The position numbers were made by a program, and so were the translations under genes. Below, piece by piece: positions 38,531-48,746 of a stretch of DNA of 64,000 nt. Each line of letters begins with the position of its first letter. Positions within the stretch are counted from its first letter, which is position 1. This DNA comes from Candidatus Melainabacteria bacterium 17Bon1m (GTDB lineage: Bacteria > Cyanobacteriota > Vampirovibrionia > Obscuribacterales > Obscuribacteraceae). The stretch spans positions 320,001 through 384,000 of the forward strand of contig JAVLKG010000005.1 of assembly GCA_032128875.1 (NCBI GenBank), in the 5' to 3' direction. Below the pieces are notes generated by a model, which saw nothing but the letters and a program-made list of their open reading frames with translations, made no database searches and was not told where the DNA came from.

Positions 38531-38974
38531 TCCATGGTAATCAATCGGACAATTATTACATGCCGATGGGTTGTGAATTCTCAGCTACAACAGTTAGACT
38601 TTCCTCATCGCGGCACGATCCTGCGGCCGGCGAGGCTTGAGCAGTCTATTGAAAAGCGCTAATAGTCACAATTTGAGCGAGCCCAAAACTATTGTCGCCC
38701 AATCCTTGCCGACCTGGCGGACCAGCTGCGTGATCGCATAAATATCGAGTTTGTCGTTGTGGCACCACCGGTAGTGTTTTCTCATGAGTGTTGGCGACAC
38801 TTTCTAGTTGGGTGCCAAAAGAAACACCATATTGGATACGTGGCTAGCATCTGCTCAGTAGAATGTATTTTGGCGTGGCATAATGTGCAAAGCCGTGTGA
38901 CAAAAGGTGGTTGTAAGATTGCTCAGTGACACGGATTGTCAGCACGGGAAGAAGAGGAAGCTTCTTAACCACTT

Positions 38975-39658
38975 ATGGCACGAGTTCTCTTTGTTGAAGA
39001 CGATAAAGACCTTGCAACAGCCGTAGAGATGGCGCTCGAGGCGCAAAATTTTGTCGTTGAAGTTGTGCATGATGGCAAGTCTGCTCTGGACCGGCTGACA
39101 TTCGGGCATTACGACGTGGCGATAGTCGATTGGATGTTGCCGCAAATGAGTGGATACGAAGTCTGCCAGGAATACAGGCGCAATGGCGGGCAAACGCCGA
39201 TTCTTTTCTTGACCGGGCAATCTGATGTAATGCATCGCGTGCAGGCGCTTGATACGGGCGCTGATGACTATCTGTGCAAACCTTTCGCGTATGCCGAATT
39301 GATGTCGCGCGTGCGTGCGCTGCTTCGCCGTTTTCCAAAAATGGAGAATCAGGTGATTAGCCTCGGGCATCTTGAACTTGATGTTCAGCGCTGCCGAGCT
39401 AAAGTCGAAGGCAAGGATGTAGACCTGGCACCCAGCGAATTTGCCTTGTTAGAACTTTTGATGAAACACCAGGGGCGTATTTTTAGTGCCGACGATTTGC
39501 TTGACCGCGTCTTTAAGCTCGATCGAGAGGCAACTGGTGAGGCTGTCCGCCAGCGCATTTTACGTTTGCGGAAGAAAATCGACCTTGTCGGCAAACCGTC
39601 ATTGATCAAAACTGTGAAAGGCCTCGGCTATTGCATGGAAGAAGCGGCTGAAAGTTAG
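38975..39658 (+). CDS. Orphan OmpR-family response regulator
   Basis: LFVEDD, DWMLP, GADDYLCKPF, RLRKKI, TVKGLGY. Confidence 0.96.
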   Translation: MARVLFVEDDKDLATAVEMALEAQNFVVEVVHDGKSALDRLTFGHYDVAIVDWMLPQMSGYEVCQEYRRNGGQTPILFLTGQSDVMHRVQALDTGADDYLCKPFAYAELMSRVRALLRRFPKMENQVISLGHLELDVQRCRAKVEGKDVDLAPSEFALLELLMKHQGRIFSADDLLDRVFKLDREATGEAVRQRILRLRKKIDLVGKPSLIKTVKGLGYCMEEAAES

Positions 39659-39827
39659 CAATTGGATGGACACAGCGGGTAAAGAACCGCACCAGATCGG
39701 CAATAGCGAGTGGCCAATATCCAGTCGCTGTTACTTCGGCAATTGCTTGCATCGCAGCTTGTTTAGACCGTTGCTGGTGCGATGCGCCTAACCTTGCCTT
39801 CCGGCAAGCTCCGATATGACCTGATCT

Positions 39828-39863
39828 AGGTGGTCTGAATTTCTCGAGAAATTCAGACCACCT
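39828..39863. repeat. Perfect 36-bp palindrome
   Basis: AGGTGGTCTGAATTTCTC|GAGAAATTCAGACCACCT. Confidence 0.95.
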
Positions 39864-39900
39864 GCAACCGCTCGCATTTACGGCCTGCCAGTCGGGAAAG

Positions 39901-39935
39901 AAAAAAACCCTGCTGGATCGCTCCTGCAGGGGTTC
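39901..39935 (-). terminator. Intrinsic terminator of murQ
   Basis: AACCCTGCAGGA-gcga-TCCAGCAGGG then a T-run on the minus strand. Confidence 0.75.
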
Positions 39936-39993
39936 TGTATTTCTATTGCATTCTCGCAACTGTTTGAGCAATGCGAGCCTATAGTCTATGCGC

Positions 39994-40944
39994 TTAGCAG
40001 CACTTTTCTGCTTGCGGCTTTGCGGAGCCCTCAGGTGCCGGAGAATTGGCGAGCGCTTTACGCAACGAGCCACCATACTTAGTGAGCAGCTCTTCAGCTT
40101 GCGCGCGGCCGAGTTTTCTCTTGGTCATCAAAATGGCCGTTTTTGCTTTGTTTTGCGATGCGACCAGCGCGCCTTCAGCGATGTGTCGTGGCACTTCGCC
40201 ACAGATCGAGATGATCGAAACAGCACGCTCTCTCAATTTCTCATTGGTCGGTTTGAGGTCAACCATGAGGTTTTCGTAGACTTTTCCGAGGCGAACCATC
40301 GTACAGGTCGTGAGAAGATTGAGAATCATCTTTTGAGCCGTACCGGCTTTCATGCGGGTTGAACCCGTCAAGGCTTCGGCTCCGACGACTGCAGTGATGG
40401 TCACATCACACAGTCCGTCCAGTCCGCCGAAGTTGTTGACGATACCGATTCTGGCTGCTCCAGCTTCGCGCGCTTGTTCGAGAGCGCCTATTACGTACGG
40501 TGTCCTGCCAGAGGCCGTGATCCCAACAACAATGTCTTTGTCTGTGATTTTTGCGGAGATTGCGTCTTGCTCGCCCATCTCTTTTGAGTCTTCGGCATTT
40601 TCGAATGAGCGGAACATCGCTTCTTTGCCGCCGGCAATGTGCGCTGCTACCAATTCTGAATCGATGCCGAAAGTCGGCGAGCATTCGGTGGCGTCCAGAA
40701 CGCCGAGGCGACCACTGGTGCCTGCTCCGAAATAAATGAGTCTTCCACCGTTGTGGAGTCTTTCTGTAATCAAGTCAACGGCTTTGGCGATGTCCGGCAC
40801 TGCGGCTTTTACCGCTTCGGCTACCGCGAAATCTTCGTTTTGTACTCGAGAGACCAATTCGGTCGTATCAAGAAGATCCAGGTCCATCGTGTGAGCATTG
40901 CGCTCTTCCGTGATCATCTTGTTGAACTCTTGCGTGAAACCCAT
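39994..40944 (-). CDS. murQ: N-acetylmuramic acid 6-phosphate etherase
   Basis: TEERN, GAGTSGRLGVLDATECSPTF, ASGRTPYV, GSTRMKAGTAQK, NLMVD. GGAG RBS before ATG 40944. Confidence 0.96.
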   Translation of the reverse strand: MGFTQEFNKMITEERNAHTMDLDLLDTTELVSRVQNEDFAVAEAVKAAVPDIAKAVDLITERLHNGGRLIYFGAGTSGRLGVLDATECSPTFGIDSELVAAHIAGGKEAMFRSFENAEDSKEMGEQDAISAKITDKDIVVGITASGRTPYVIGALEQAREAGAARIGIVNNFGGLDGLCDVTITAVVGAEALTGSTRMKAGTAQKMILNLLTTCTMVRLGKVYENLMVDLKPTNEKLRERAVSIISICGEVPRHIAEGALVASQNKAKTAILMTKRKLGRAQAEELLTKYGGSLRKALANSPAPEGSAKPQAEKCC

Positions 40945-41213
40945 GTCTGATCTCCAAATGTTCCCAGGCACCCCATTTCAATGAGTGTAGCGTACTTAAT
41001 GAGAATAAGAGGGTTACACGCTCGAAGGATTGGTGAATCCCCGCTTTTAATCAATCTCACGAATTGTCATGTGGTGCGAGACTGGCAACCTGTGGCGCTG
41101 CCGAGGTTTTGTCCTGATATCCGAACGGATACCGGATGTTGCAAGGTCGCAACAACTTTGGCTGTCCGGCTCAATTTGTGGCGAAGGTAACCAGGCTGAG
41201 CTCTGCGCTCGAT

Positions 41214-42629
41214 TTACTTGACGCAAGCAGTCTCTGGCTCATTGTGTTTGAGTGAAACCCGTCCGCGCTTGATAAACTTGCCGTCGCCGGCTTTGCCGAC
41301 ATATTTCTCGTTCTCTATGACGACTTTTCCACGTGAAAGCACTGTTTCCGTAACACCCTGAACCTCCATGCCCTCGTAGCAGTTGTAGTCCACGTTCATG
41401 TGATGGGTTTTGGCCGAAAGAATCATTTTTTTGTTAGGGTTGAAGATAACGATGTCAGCGTCTGAGCCGACTGCAATAGTGCCCTTTTTCGGGAAGAGTC
41501 CGAAGATTTTGGCTGGGCTGGTCGAGGTCAATTCCACAAAACGGTTTACCGAAATACGCCCTTGCACGACACCGCCGTTGTAGATAAGGCTCATGCGAGT
41601 TTCGACGCCTGGTCCGCCGTTAGGAATCTTGCTGAAATCGTCTTTGCCGAGTTCCTTTTGGTCTTTGAAGCAGAACGGACAGTGGTCAGTGGAGATGACT
41701 TGCAAGTCGTTCATTCGCAAACCGGTCCAGAGCTTTTCTTGATTCCACTTTTCTCGCAGCGCTGGCGTCATGACATATTTTGCGCCTTCGAAACCTTCTT
41801 TCTCATAGTGGGTGTAGTCGAGGAAAAGGTATTGCGGACAAGTCTCGGCGAATGCCGGAATGCCTTCATCGCGGGCTTCTACGACTTTCTTGAGGGCGTC
41901 ATAGCAGCTCAAGTGGACGATGTAAACAGGCGAATTTGCCATTTCGGCTAGCGCAATGGAGCGGTTGACGCCTTCTGATTCGGCCTGGGTCGGTCGCGTG
42001 AGCGCGTGATATTTAGGCGCGGTGTGTCCTTTGGCTAACGCTCGTTGCACAATTTCGTTGATAACGATGCCGTTTTCCGCGTGCATGCAAACAAGCCCGC
42101 CTTCGTTGCCGCAGAATTCCATGGCTCTGAAGATGGTGGCATCGTCGACCAGCAAAACCCCTGGATAAGCCATAAACATCTTGAAACTGGTTACGCCTTC
42201 ATCGTGAATCAGGCGTTTCAAATCTTTCGTGCGCTCATGTGGCAGGTCCGTCACGATCATGTGAAAGGCGTAGTCGATTGCGGTTTTGCCGGCAGCCTTT
42301 TCGTGCCAGGTGTCCAGAGCTTCCATAATCGCCTGCCCCTTAGTCTGGATAGCGAAGTCGATGATGGTTGTGGTTCCGCCGTGCGCAGCCGCCAGTGTGC
42401 CTGTTTTGAAATCGTCGGCCGATGTCGTGCCGCCGAAAGGCATGTCCATATGGGTGTGAGCGTCGATGCCGCCGGGTATGACCAGGCGATCTTTCGCATC
42501 AATGACCTTGTCTGCTTCCATATCCAGCGTTTTGCCAATCACTGATATGGTTTCGCCGTCTATCAAAATGTCGGCTACGTAATCGTCTACCGCTGTGACT
42601 ATGCGACCGTTTTTGATCAGTGTCTTCAC
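41214..42629 (-). CDS. hydA: Dihydropyrimidinase (D-hydantoinase)
   Basis: PGGIDAHTH, GGTTTIIDF, SFKMFMAY, HAENG, VHLS, TDHCPF, IPNG. Confidence 0.96.
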   Translation of the reverse strand: MKTLIKNGRIVTAVDDYVADILIDGETISVIGKTLDMEADKVIDAKDRLVIPGGIDAHTHMDMPFGGTTSADDFKTGTLAAAHGGTTTIIDFAIQTKGQAIMEALDTWHEKAAGKTAIDYAFHMIVTDLPHERTKDLKRLIHDEGVTSFKMFMAYPGVLLVDDATIFRAMEFCGNEGGLVCMHAENGIVINEIVQRALAKGHTAPKYHALTRPTQAESEGVNRSIALAEMANSPVYIVHLSCYDALKKVVEARDEGIPAFAETCPQYLFLDYTHYEKEGFEGAKYVMTPALREKWNQEKLWTGLRMNDLQVISTDHCPFCFKDQKELGKDDFSKIPNGGPGVETRMSLIYNGGVVQGRISVNRFVELTSTSPAKIFGLFPKKGTIAVGSDADIVIFNPNKKMILSAKTHHMNVDYNCYEGMEVQGVTETVLSRGKVVIENEKYVGKAGDGKFIKRGRVSLKHNEPETACVK

Positions 42630-43063
42630 TTGAACCACCTTTGTTGAAACGACGTCGTGTCTGGCTGGCGCCTGATTTGAGCAAATGTCAGGCTAAAACG
42701 CCCTCGACCCTTGCTGTAGTCAAAACTACCCAGTGCGCGAAGAACTGAAAACCCTGTGTATCGAAGTAGTAGGACCGCAGATCCGGAAGGATGCCTGGTG
42801 GATATGCGATCGGCTCGCGGTGTTCCGCTTAGAAACTTTGGCTTGAAGGTTAATTTCGAGGTGTTGGCTAAATAAGATCTGAGGTTGAAATCTGTAGAAT
42901 TCACCATTTCGCCCGAGAGGCTCACCGAGTTATAAAACTGGCACCCTCACATTGCAAAATGACTCCGAGCGCCTTAAACCGCAAGCACTGGAAACAAGCG
43001 CAAGCATGTCCGATGATCACCATCTAGTTGCTTTGCCCTGTTTGTCCGAGGAGTTTCCAGTCT

Positions 43064-44989
43064 GTGAAAGGTGTGACGCCTGAAGTAATTTCCGAAGTTC
43101 GCCACCGAGCGAACATTGTCGACATCATCTCCGAAACAGTCGTCTTGAAGAAAGCCGGCAAGGAGTATCGCGGGCTTTGCCCGTTTCACAACGAAAAGTC
43201 AGGGTCTTTTTACGTCAATCCGGACAAAGGAATTTTTAAATGCTTTGGCTGCGGTGAAGGCGGTGATGTTTTCGCTTTTCTGCAAAAGGCGAAGGGCAAC
43301 GATTTCATTGATACAGTGCGTGATCTTGCTAATCGCTATGGCATTCGATTGGTCGAAACGGTTGAGGAAAAACAGCATTACGACCGGCGCGCGCAATTTT
43401 TCTCATTAAACGACGCCGCCTGCAACTATTTCTGTCAATTGCTGCAAGACCCTACTGATGGCGCTACTGCCAGGGCCTATCTGGAAGGGCGCGGTATCAG
43501 CGAGGAAATAATCGCTCGTTTCAAACTGGGCTTCGCGCCAAATTCTTGGGACGGTCTGCTGCGTTATTTGAACAGCACGATGAAAGTTTCGGAAGCGACG
43601 CTTGAAGAAGCAGGGCTTGTCCGCCGCCGCGCGGAGTCGACTGGAGTGTATGACCTTTTCCGCAATCGTTTAATGGTTCCGATTATGGACGATCAGGGGC
43701 GTGTAGTGGCGTTTGGCGGACGTACTCTTGGCGACGATCAAGTGAAATATCTCAATTCCCCTGAGACCCCGATATACGTAAAAGGGCAGCACCTTTACGG
43801 TTTTAACCTCGCAAAAGAGGCAATCAAAGCTAAGGACTCAGTTATTGTTGTCGAAGGATATTTCGATGCAATCAGTCTCCACCAGTACGGATTCACCAAT
43901 TCCGTAGCGACTCTGGGAACAGCACTGACCGAGCAGCAAGCAAAAATGCTTGTTCGATACACCGATTCGAAACGTGTCTTTCTTTCATTCGATAGCGACC
44001 AGGCTGGACAGAAAGCCGTCGAACGCGGGGCTGAAGCCATCAATCAGATTGCCGAAGGCGTCGGTATCGAATTGCGAGTCATCCGCATTCCGGGCGGCAA
44101 AGATCCCGATGAGTGTTTGCGCAGCGAAGGCGGACCGGAAGCATTCGCAAGGGCAATGGATTCAGCGCCACCTTTTATCGATCACGAACTTCGGACCGCT
44201 CTAAAAGACGCCGACCTGACGACACACACCGGGCGATTGGAGGCGGCAGGGCAGATTGTTCCTATCCTTGCGCAGATCAAGAACCCCATGGTGCGTGGCG
44301 AGTATATTCGTTTGTTTGCAATGGAGATCGGAGCCAAAGAAGATGAGCTCGGGCATTCTGTCCGTGAACAAATGAAGCAAATCAGAAAGCCTTTCAAGCC
44401 GGACAGTTTCGGTAGCGGCGCCGCCAAAGTTATGAAAAGCCGCGGAACGGTTGGTACACCGGGCTCCGGTGGCTTGGCTGGAGTAATGGATGCAGAACGA
44501 AACTTGCTGGCGTTGTTGCTAACAAGCCGCGAAGACTATACGCAAGCATTTCCTGTTGTGATGAATATCGATTTCAATGTGCCCGCGCATCGTACTCTCA
44601 AAGACGCATTTGAAGGTGTCGGCGACCAGTTTGCCACTGTCCAGGACCTGAGCGATCGCGTCATGGACCGTGCCGCGCCTGACAAAGCCGCTTCGTCGGC
44701 GATGGTCGACGTTATTCTCAAAGTAGAAGAGTTTCGCAAGCAGCAGCGTCCGTCCGATGTGGTTATCAAAGATTCTTTCGCCAGGCTTATTAAAGAGCGC
44801 ATGGAGCTGGCCAGCCGCCAGATGCGCGCCACGCTGGCTTCAACTCTTCCTGAGGACGAGTTGATAGAGCTGCAGGGTAAAATATCCATGCTTCAGCGTC
44901 TGCAATCGAGCGATTTGCTCGCCGCCAGTTCTCTCGACGAACTCAACGAATTGACCTCAAAGATCAACGAAATAATACCGGTGAATTAA
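43064..44989 (+). CDS. dnaG: DNA primase
   Basis: CPFH..CFGC zinc ribbon, FRNRLMVPI, FGGR, KYLNSPET, VEGYFD, FDSDQAG, KDPDE. GAGGAG before GTG 43064. Confidence 0.98.
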   Translation: MKGVTPEVISEVRHRANIVDIISETVVLKKAGKEYRGLCPFHNEKSGSFYVNPDKGIFKCFGCGEGGDVFAFLQKAKGNDFIDTVRDLANRYGIRLVETVEEKQHYDRRAQFFSLNDAACNYFCQLLQDPTDGATARAYLEGRGISEEIIARFKLGFAPNSWDGLLRYLNSTMKVSEATLEEAGLVRRRAESTGVYDLFRNRLMVPIMDDQGRVVAFGGRTLGDDQVKYLNSPETPIYVKGQHLYGFNLAKEAIKAKDSVIVVEGYFDAISLHQYGFTNSVATLGTALTEQQAKMLVRYTDSKRVFLSFDSDQAGQKAVERGAEAINQIAEGVGIELRVIRIPGGKDPDECLRSEGGPEAFARAMDSAPPFIDHELRTALKDADLTTHTGRLEAAGQIVPILAQIKNPMVRGEYIRLFAMEIGAKEDELGHSVREQMKQIRKPFKPDSFGSGAAKVMKSRGTVGTPGSGGLAGVMDAERNLLALLLTSREDYTQAFPVVMNIDFNVPAHRTLKDAFEGVGDQFATVQDLSDRVMDRAAPDKAASSAMVDVILKVEEFRKQQRPSDVVIKDSFARLIKERMELASRQMRATLASTLPEDELIELQGKISMLQRLQSSDLLAASSLDELNELTSKINEIIPVN

Positions 44990-46038
44990 TGGAAGTAGGT
45001 GCGCCAGCCAATTTGTTGATGGGTGTCATTGCCGGCGCCACCATTTTTCTGGGATTGCCTGTCGCTTTTTTGCGTGGTGTTGGTGAGAAAACCCGCGGCA
45101 GCCTGACGATGGCAGCGTGCGGTGTGCTCGTATTGCTGATTGTCGATGTCGGCTACCACATGATCGAATCGCTCGAAAGAACCGCTATGGAAGCCAATTG
45201 GCACAAGCTCGGTATCATGTCGGCAATTGTTTTTCTGGGCTTGATGTACGGACTTGTCGGTCTGGCAAAACTCGAAGAAAGGCGTGGCGCAATGAAAGGG
45301 GAAGGCGATCCGCTTTCGATAGCCACGATGATCGCAATCGGTATCGGCTTGCACAATTTCGCAGAAGGGCTGGCGATCGGCCAGTCGTTCTCTGGCGGAT
45401 CGATAAGTCTTGGCGTGGTTCTGGTTGTCGGTTTTGCCATGCACAACGCCACTGAAGGTTTTGGAATTGCCGCACCGCTTGCCGGCAAACCTGTAAGCTT
45501 TTGGCGCATTGCGCTGCTTGGATTGATCGGCGGAGGACCCACAGCCATCGGTGCGCTTATCGGCGGTTTTTTCGTCAATGAGTACGTCACACTTCTTTTC
45601 CTCACGCTCGCTGTCGGATCTTTGATTTATGTCGTGAGAGAGCTATTGCGCTTGCGTTTTGCTTCTTTGACGCCTTCAGGAGCCATGCTGGCGCTTAGCA
45701 TGGGGCTTTTGTTTGGCATCTATACAGAAATTGCTGTCGAGGCAGCCACGAATTCGAGTCGTTCAACCACTGTGCAAAATGCTATCGAAATTGACTTTTC
45801 GCGCGCTACGGCGGGTAAATCAATGTCTGTGCCTGCCGGCTGCAACATTGTCATCAAAAACTCTGAATCCACGACATTGGAGTTTGAATCAGATGGACTC
45901 TTTGCAGGCGAACTCTTTTTGAAGTCAGGAGAGCAAGCTTCCGTCTCAGTTACAAACAAGGCCGGTGAATACAAATTGATTATCGAAGATACTGATTTCG
46001 CGCCGATCTCTGTAAAAGTAACACCGGTAAGCAAGTAA
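44989..46038 (+). CDS. ZIP-family metal transporter with C-terminal cupredoxin-like domain
   Basis: GIGLHNFAEG and AMHNATEG; about 90-aa beta-rich tail with EFES and AGEY. Confidence 0.88.
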   Translation: MEVGAPANLLMGVIAGATIFLGLPVAFLRGVGEKTRGSLTMAACGVLVLLIVDVGYHMIESLERTAMEANWHKLGIMSAIVFLGLMYGLVGLAKLEERRGAMKGEGDPLSIATMIAIGIGLHNFAEGLAIGQSFSGGSISLGVVLVVGFAMHNATEGFGIAAPLAGKPVSFWRIALLGLIGGGPTAIGALIGGFFVNEYVTLLFLTLAVGSLIYVVRELLRLRFASLTPSGAMLALSMGLLFGIYTEIAVEAATNSSRSTTVQNAIEIDFSRATAGKSMSVPAGCNIVIKNSESTTLEFESDGLFAGELFLKSGEQASVSVTNKAGEYKLIIEDTDFAPISVKVTPVSK

Positions 46039-46057
46039 GTTCTCTTTCTGAGCAGTA

Positions 46058-46489
46058 CTAATTGTGGCTGGAGTAAGGCGGTAACGCAACCGTCGAAAAC
46101 CAGTATTCGAGTATGTTTTTTGCCACTCGTTTGTATTCTTCGAAGCGAATAGGTTTCACAATATAGCTGTTGCAATAATTGTCATAGCAAAACGAAATGT
46201 CTTGCTCGAGGTTTGACGTGCTCAAGATAACTACTGGAATGCGGCGCAGCTGCGGGTGCTCTTTGAGACGTTTTAACATCTCGCGTCCGTCCATCTTGGG
46301 AAGATTCAGATCCAGAACGATGAGATCAGGTGTTGTTTCACCCTGATTTTGAATTCCTTCCTCCAGAACAATCAATGCTTTTTTAGCGTCATGAGTCACT
46401 TGTACTGAGGCTTCGATGCCTATGCACTCGAACGCTTCTTTCAATAAATCCGAATCAGCACGATTATCTTCAACGTGGAGGATGTTCAT
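46058..46489 (-). CDS. Single-domain response regulator (Rcp1-like)
   Basis: HVEDN, LDLNLPKMDG, IPVVILSTS, NSYIVKP, YWF..V.LP terminus. Confidence 0.93.
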   Translation of the reverse strand: MNILHVEDNRADSDLLKEAFECIGIEASVQVTHDAKKALIVLEEGIQNQGETTPDLIVLDLNLPKMDGREMLKRLKEHPQLRRIPVVILSTSNLEQDISFCYDNYCNSYIVKPIRFEEYKRVAKNILEYWFSTVALPPYSSHN

Positions 46490-48746
46490 TCGCTGAAGAA
46501 TCCCCCGTGGCATTTTGGGTTAATGGCAGTTGGACGAAGAAATCCGAACCTTTTCCAGGCTTTGATTTTACCCAGATGGCACCATTGTGCCGGTCTACGA
46601 TTCTTTTGCAAATTGCTAGTCCCATACCTGTTCCCGGATATTCATCGCGAGTATGGAGGCGCTGGAAAATGACAAATATTCTCTCGAAATGTTCTTCTTC
46701 CATGCCAATACCGTTGTCCTTGAAATCCAGCGTAAGAACGCCGTTTTCCACAGTCGGGCTGATTGAGATCTGCGGGGTTTCCTTCCTTCTGTATTTGATG
46801 GCATTGCCGATCAAGTTTTGAAAGAGAAGCAGCATTTGTGAGCGATCTGCCTGTATCTTGGGCAGTTTGCTCGCCATAACGATGGCATTGCTTTCTTCAA
46901 TTGCTATACGCAAGTTTTTTGTAGCGGAGAGAAAAACCTCTTCAAGATCGACTACTGTGAATGGCTTTCCGTGAGTGTCTACACGGCTATAATGCAAGAG
47001 GTCTTGGATCAAGGCTTGCATTCTTTCCGAAGACTCGGCAATTCGGTTGATGTATTTTACCGCCCGCTCATCGAGATTGGCAGCGTACCTGCTCGTTAGC
47101 AAATCGCTGTAATTCGCCATTGCTCTCAGCGGTTCTTGGAGGTCATGAGCGGCGGCAAAAGCAAACTGCTTTAACTCGTTGTTTGAGCGTTCTAAATCGC
47201 GAGAGAATTTTTTCAGTGCCTCTTCTGATTTTCTCTTTTCAGTGATGTCGCGTGATATGACGGAAATTTCTGTGATTTTGTCCTTTTCGTTTCGAATGCA
47301 AGAGATAGTTAAGGCAACTGGAATTTCCACCCCGTCTTTGCGTTTGTGGACAGCCTCGAGCATCTTTGGCGGTGTGCCTGCCATTACCATTGTTCTTATT
47401 GCTTCGGTCTCAGGCGTGGGTCCATCATCGAGAGTAATTGTGTAAATCGACTTTCCGAGAATTTCTTCTTGCGAGTATCCGTAGATTTTTTCCGCGCCGC
47501 TATTCCAACTCATTACATTGCTTTCGAGATCTACGCTGAAAATGGCATCGTTACTCTGTTCTACAATGTCGGCTAGCTTCAGTCTTTCTCTTTCGGCCGG
47601 CTCTAACTCTCTAATGCGCTCCTTAAGCATCATGTTGAGTTTTTGAATTTCCATTTTCCCGCGGCGACGCTCAACGATCTCTGCGATTAAATGCGCCGCA
47701 GAGAGCAATCTTTTCTTTGACTGCTCAATGATGAAAGGCGGGCGGCTGTGATACTTTTGCGATTGATTGGATAGCTCTTCGCTGCTTGTTTCATACTTAG
47801 CAGCGAGTTCGTCCAGCACACTTTTATCTTTAGGCGGATCTCCGTATCCAATGTTGATTGATCCGACAATGTCATTGCCGGCCTTGATAGGAACAGCAAA
47901 GATGCGGATGCCGCCGTTGCAAGGTTGGTCGACTGGCATACCGCTTGCGACTGCGCTCATCGAGGTTTCGCGGCAAGACTGGTTGCAATGCCATTTGCCT
48001 GAATCTATAGCCTGCTGGTTGTCTCCGGGCGCCAATTGCCTGGAGCGCTCATCCATGAAGCGGCACCACTTCGAGGCTTTGATGCTCAATGCGCAATCGC
48101 CGTTTGCTTCGAAAATTGCCGCTGAAGTTTCCAGCAGATTGAGTCCATCGTCCAAAATTTCTTTCAAAAGCGAGTCACCGACTGCCTCAAGAATTATGCG
48201 GCTAGTATTGAGCTCAGACAGATCTCCATAAGGTTGAGGCGCTCGACTGTCACTATCTGTGGTGCCAAGGCTTTTTTGCAATAGCCATTGAATTCGATTG
48301 AGCGCGTCGCGCGCTCCTGATTCGAGATCTTGCGACGGGGGATTTCCTTTGATGCGCATGCATGTCAGCGTCATCAGGTTTGTCGCCCTGTCCAGCAAGA
48401 CTTCAGTATCGATGCCCAGGTCTGCCGCTGTGCAGATGTGTTTGCAGACTTCACTGTTTAGCGATGTTATGGCTTTCAGGCACGGCTCGCTCTCGAAAAG
48501 AAGGCTTTCCAATAGCTCGCACAATACGACTGCGCAGTCCCGGGGCATCCTTAAGTCGGTAGAAAAGATCGCGTCGACAAAGACTTGAGCGATTGTCTGG
48601 AATAAGTCTTCTTTGCCCGCGATATAGAGGGACTTTGCCCTCAGCTTTTTCATCCAGCCGCCACTCACTGCTGCATCAAGAAGACCGCGTCGAAGCTCAC
48701 TGACGCTGTTTTCAACAGGCTGAGTACTACTGGTTGAGTCTCGCAT
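46470..48746 (-). CDS. Cytoplasmic histidine kinase: PocR-like domain + PAS + Cph1-type kinase core
   Basis: WCRF..WHC..C..CNGGIRIFAVPI (PocR-like); WNSGAEKIYGY (PAS); AHDLQEPLR, NAIKY, IFQRLH, GTGMGL. Confidence 0.9.
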   Translation of the reverse strand: MRDSTSSTQPVENSVSELRRGLLDAAVSGGWMKKLRAKSLYIAGKEDLFQTIAQVFVDAIFSTDLRMPRDCAVVLCELLESLLFESEPCLKAITSLNSEVCKHICTAADLGIDTEVLLDRATNLMTLTCMRIKGNPPSQDLESGARDALNRIQWLLQKSLGTTDSDSRAPQPYGDLSELNTSRIILEAVGDSLLKEILDDGLNLLETSAAIFEANGDCALSIKASKWCRFMDERSRQLAPGDNQQAIDSGKWHCNQSCRETSMSAVASGMPVDQPCNGGIRIFAVPIKAGNDIVGSINIGYGDPPKDKSVLDELAAKYETSSEELSNQSQKYHSRPPFIIEQSKKRLLSAAHLIAEIVERRRGKMEIQKLNMMLKERIRELEPAERERLKLADIVEQSNDAIFSVDLESNVMSWNSGAEKIYGYSQEEILGKSIYTITLDDGPTPETEAIRTMVMAGTPPKMLEAVHKRKDGVEIPVALTISCIRNEKDKITEISVISRDITEKRKSEEALKKFSRDLERSNNELKQFAFAAAHDLQEPLRAMANYSDLLTSRYAANLDERAVKYINRIAESSERMQALIQDLLHYSRVDTHGKPFTVVDLEEVFLSATKNLRIAIEESNAIVMASKLPKIQADRSQMLLLFQNLIGNAIKYRRKETPQISISPTVENGVLTLDFKDNGIGMEEEHFERIFVIFQRLHTRDEYPGTGMGLAICKRIVDRHNGAIWVKSKPGKGSDFFVQLPLTQNATGDSSANEHPPR

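Noticed and set aside
39666-39791. 41-codon + strand ORF after the response regulator
   Set aside because: No convincing RBS or recognisable protein features.
42640-43050. Long hydA-dnaG intergenic region as a riboswitch or ncRNA
   Set aside because: I could not recognise any riboswitch consensus by eye; an Rfam/Infernal scan would be needed.
46470-48746. Calling this kinase a phytochrome
   Set aside because: No PAS-GAF-PHY core or bilin-binding motifs; only the kinase core is similar.
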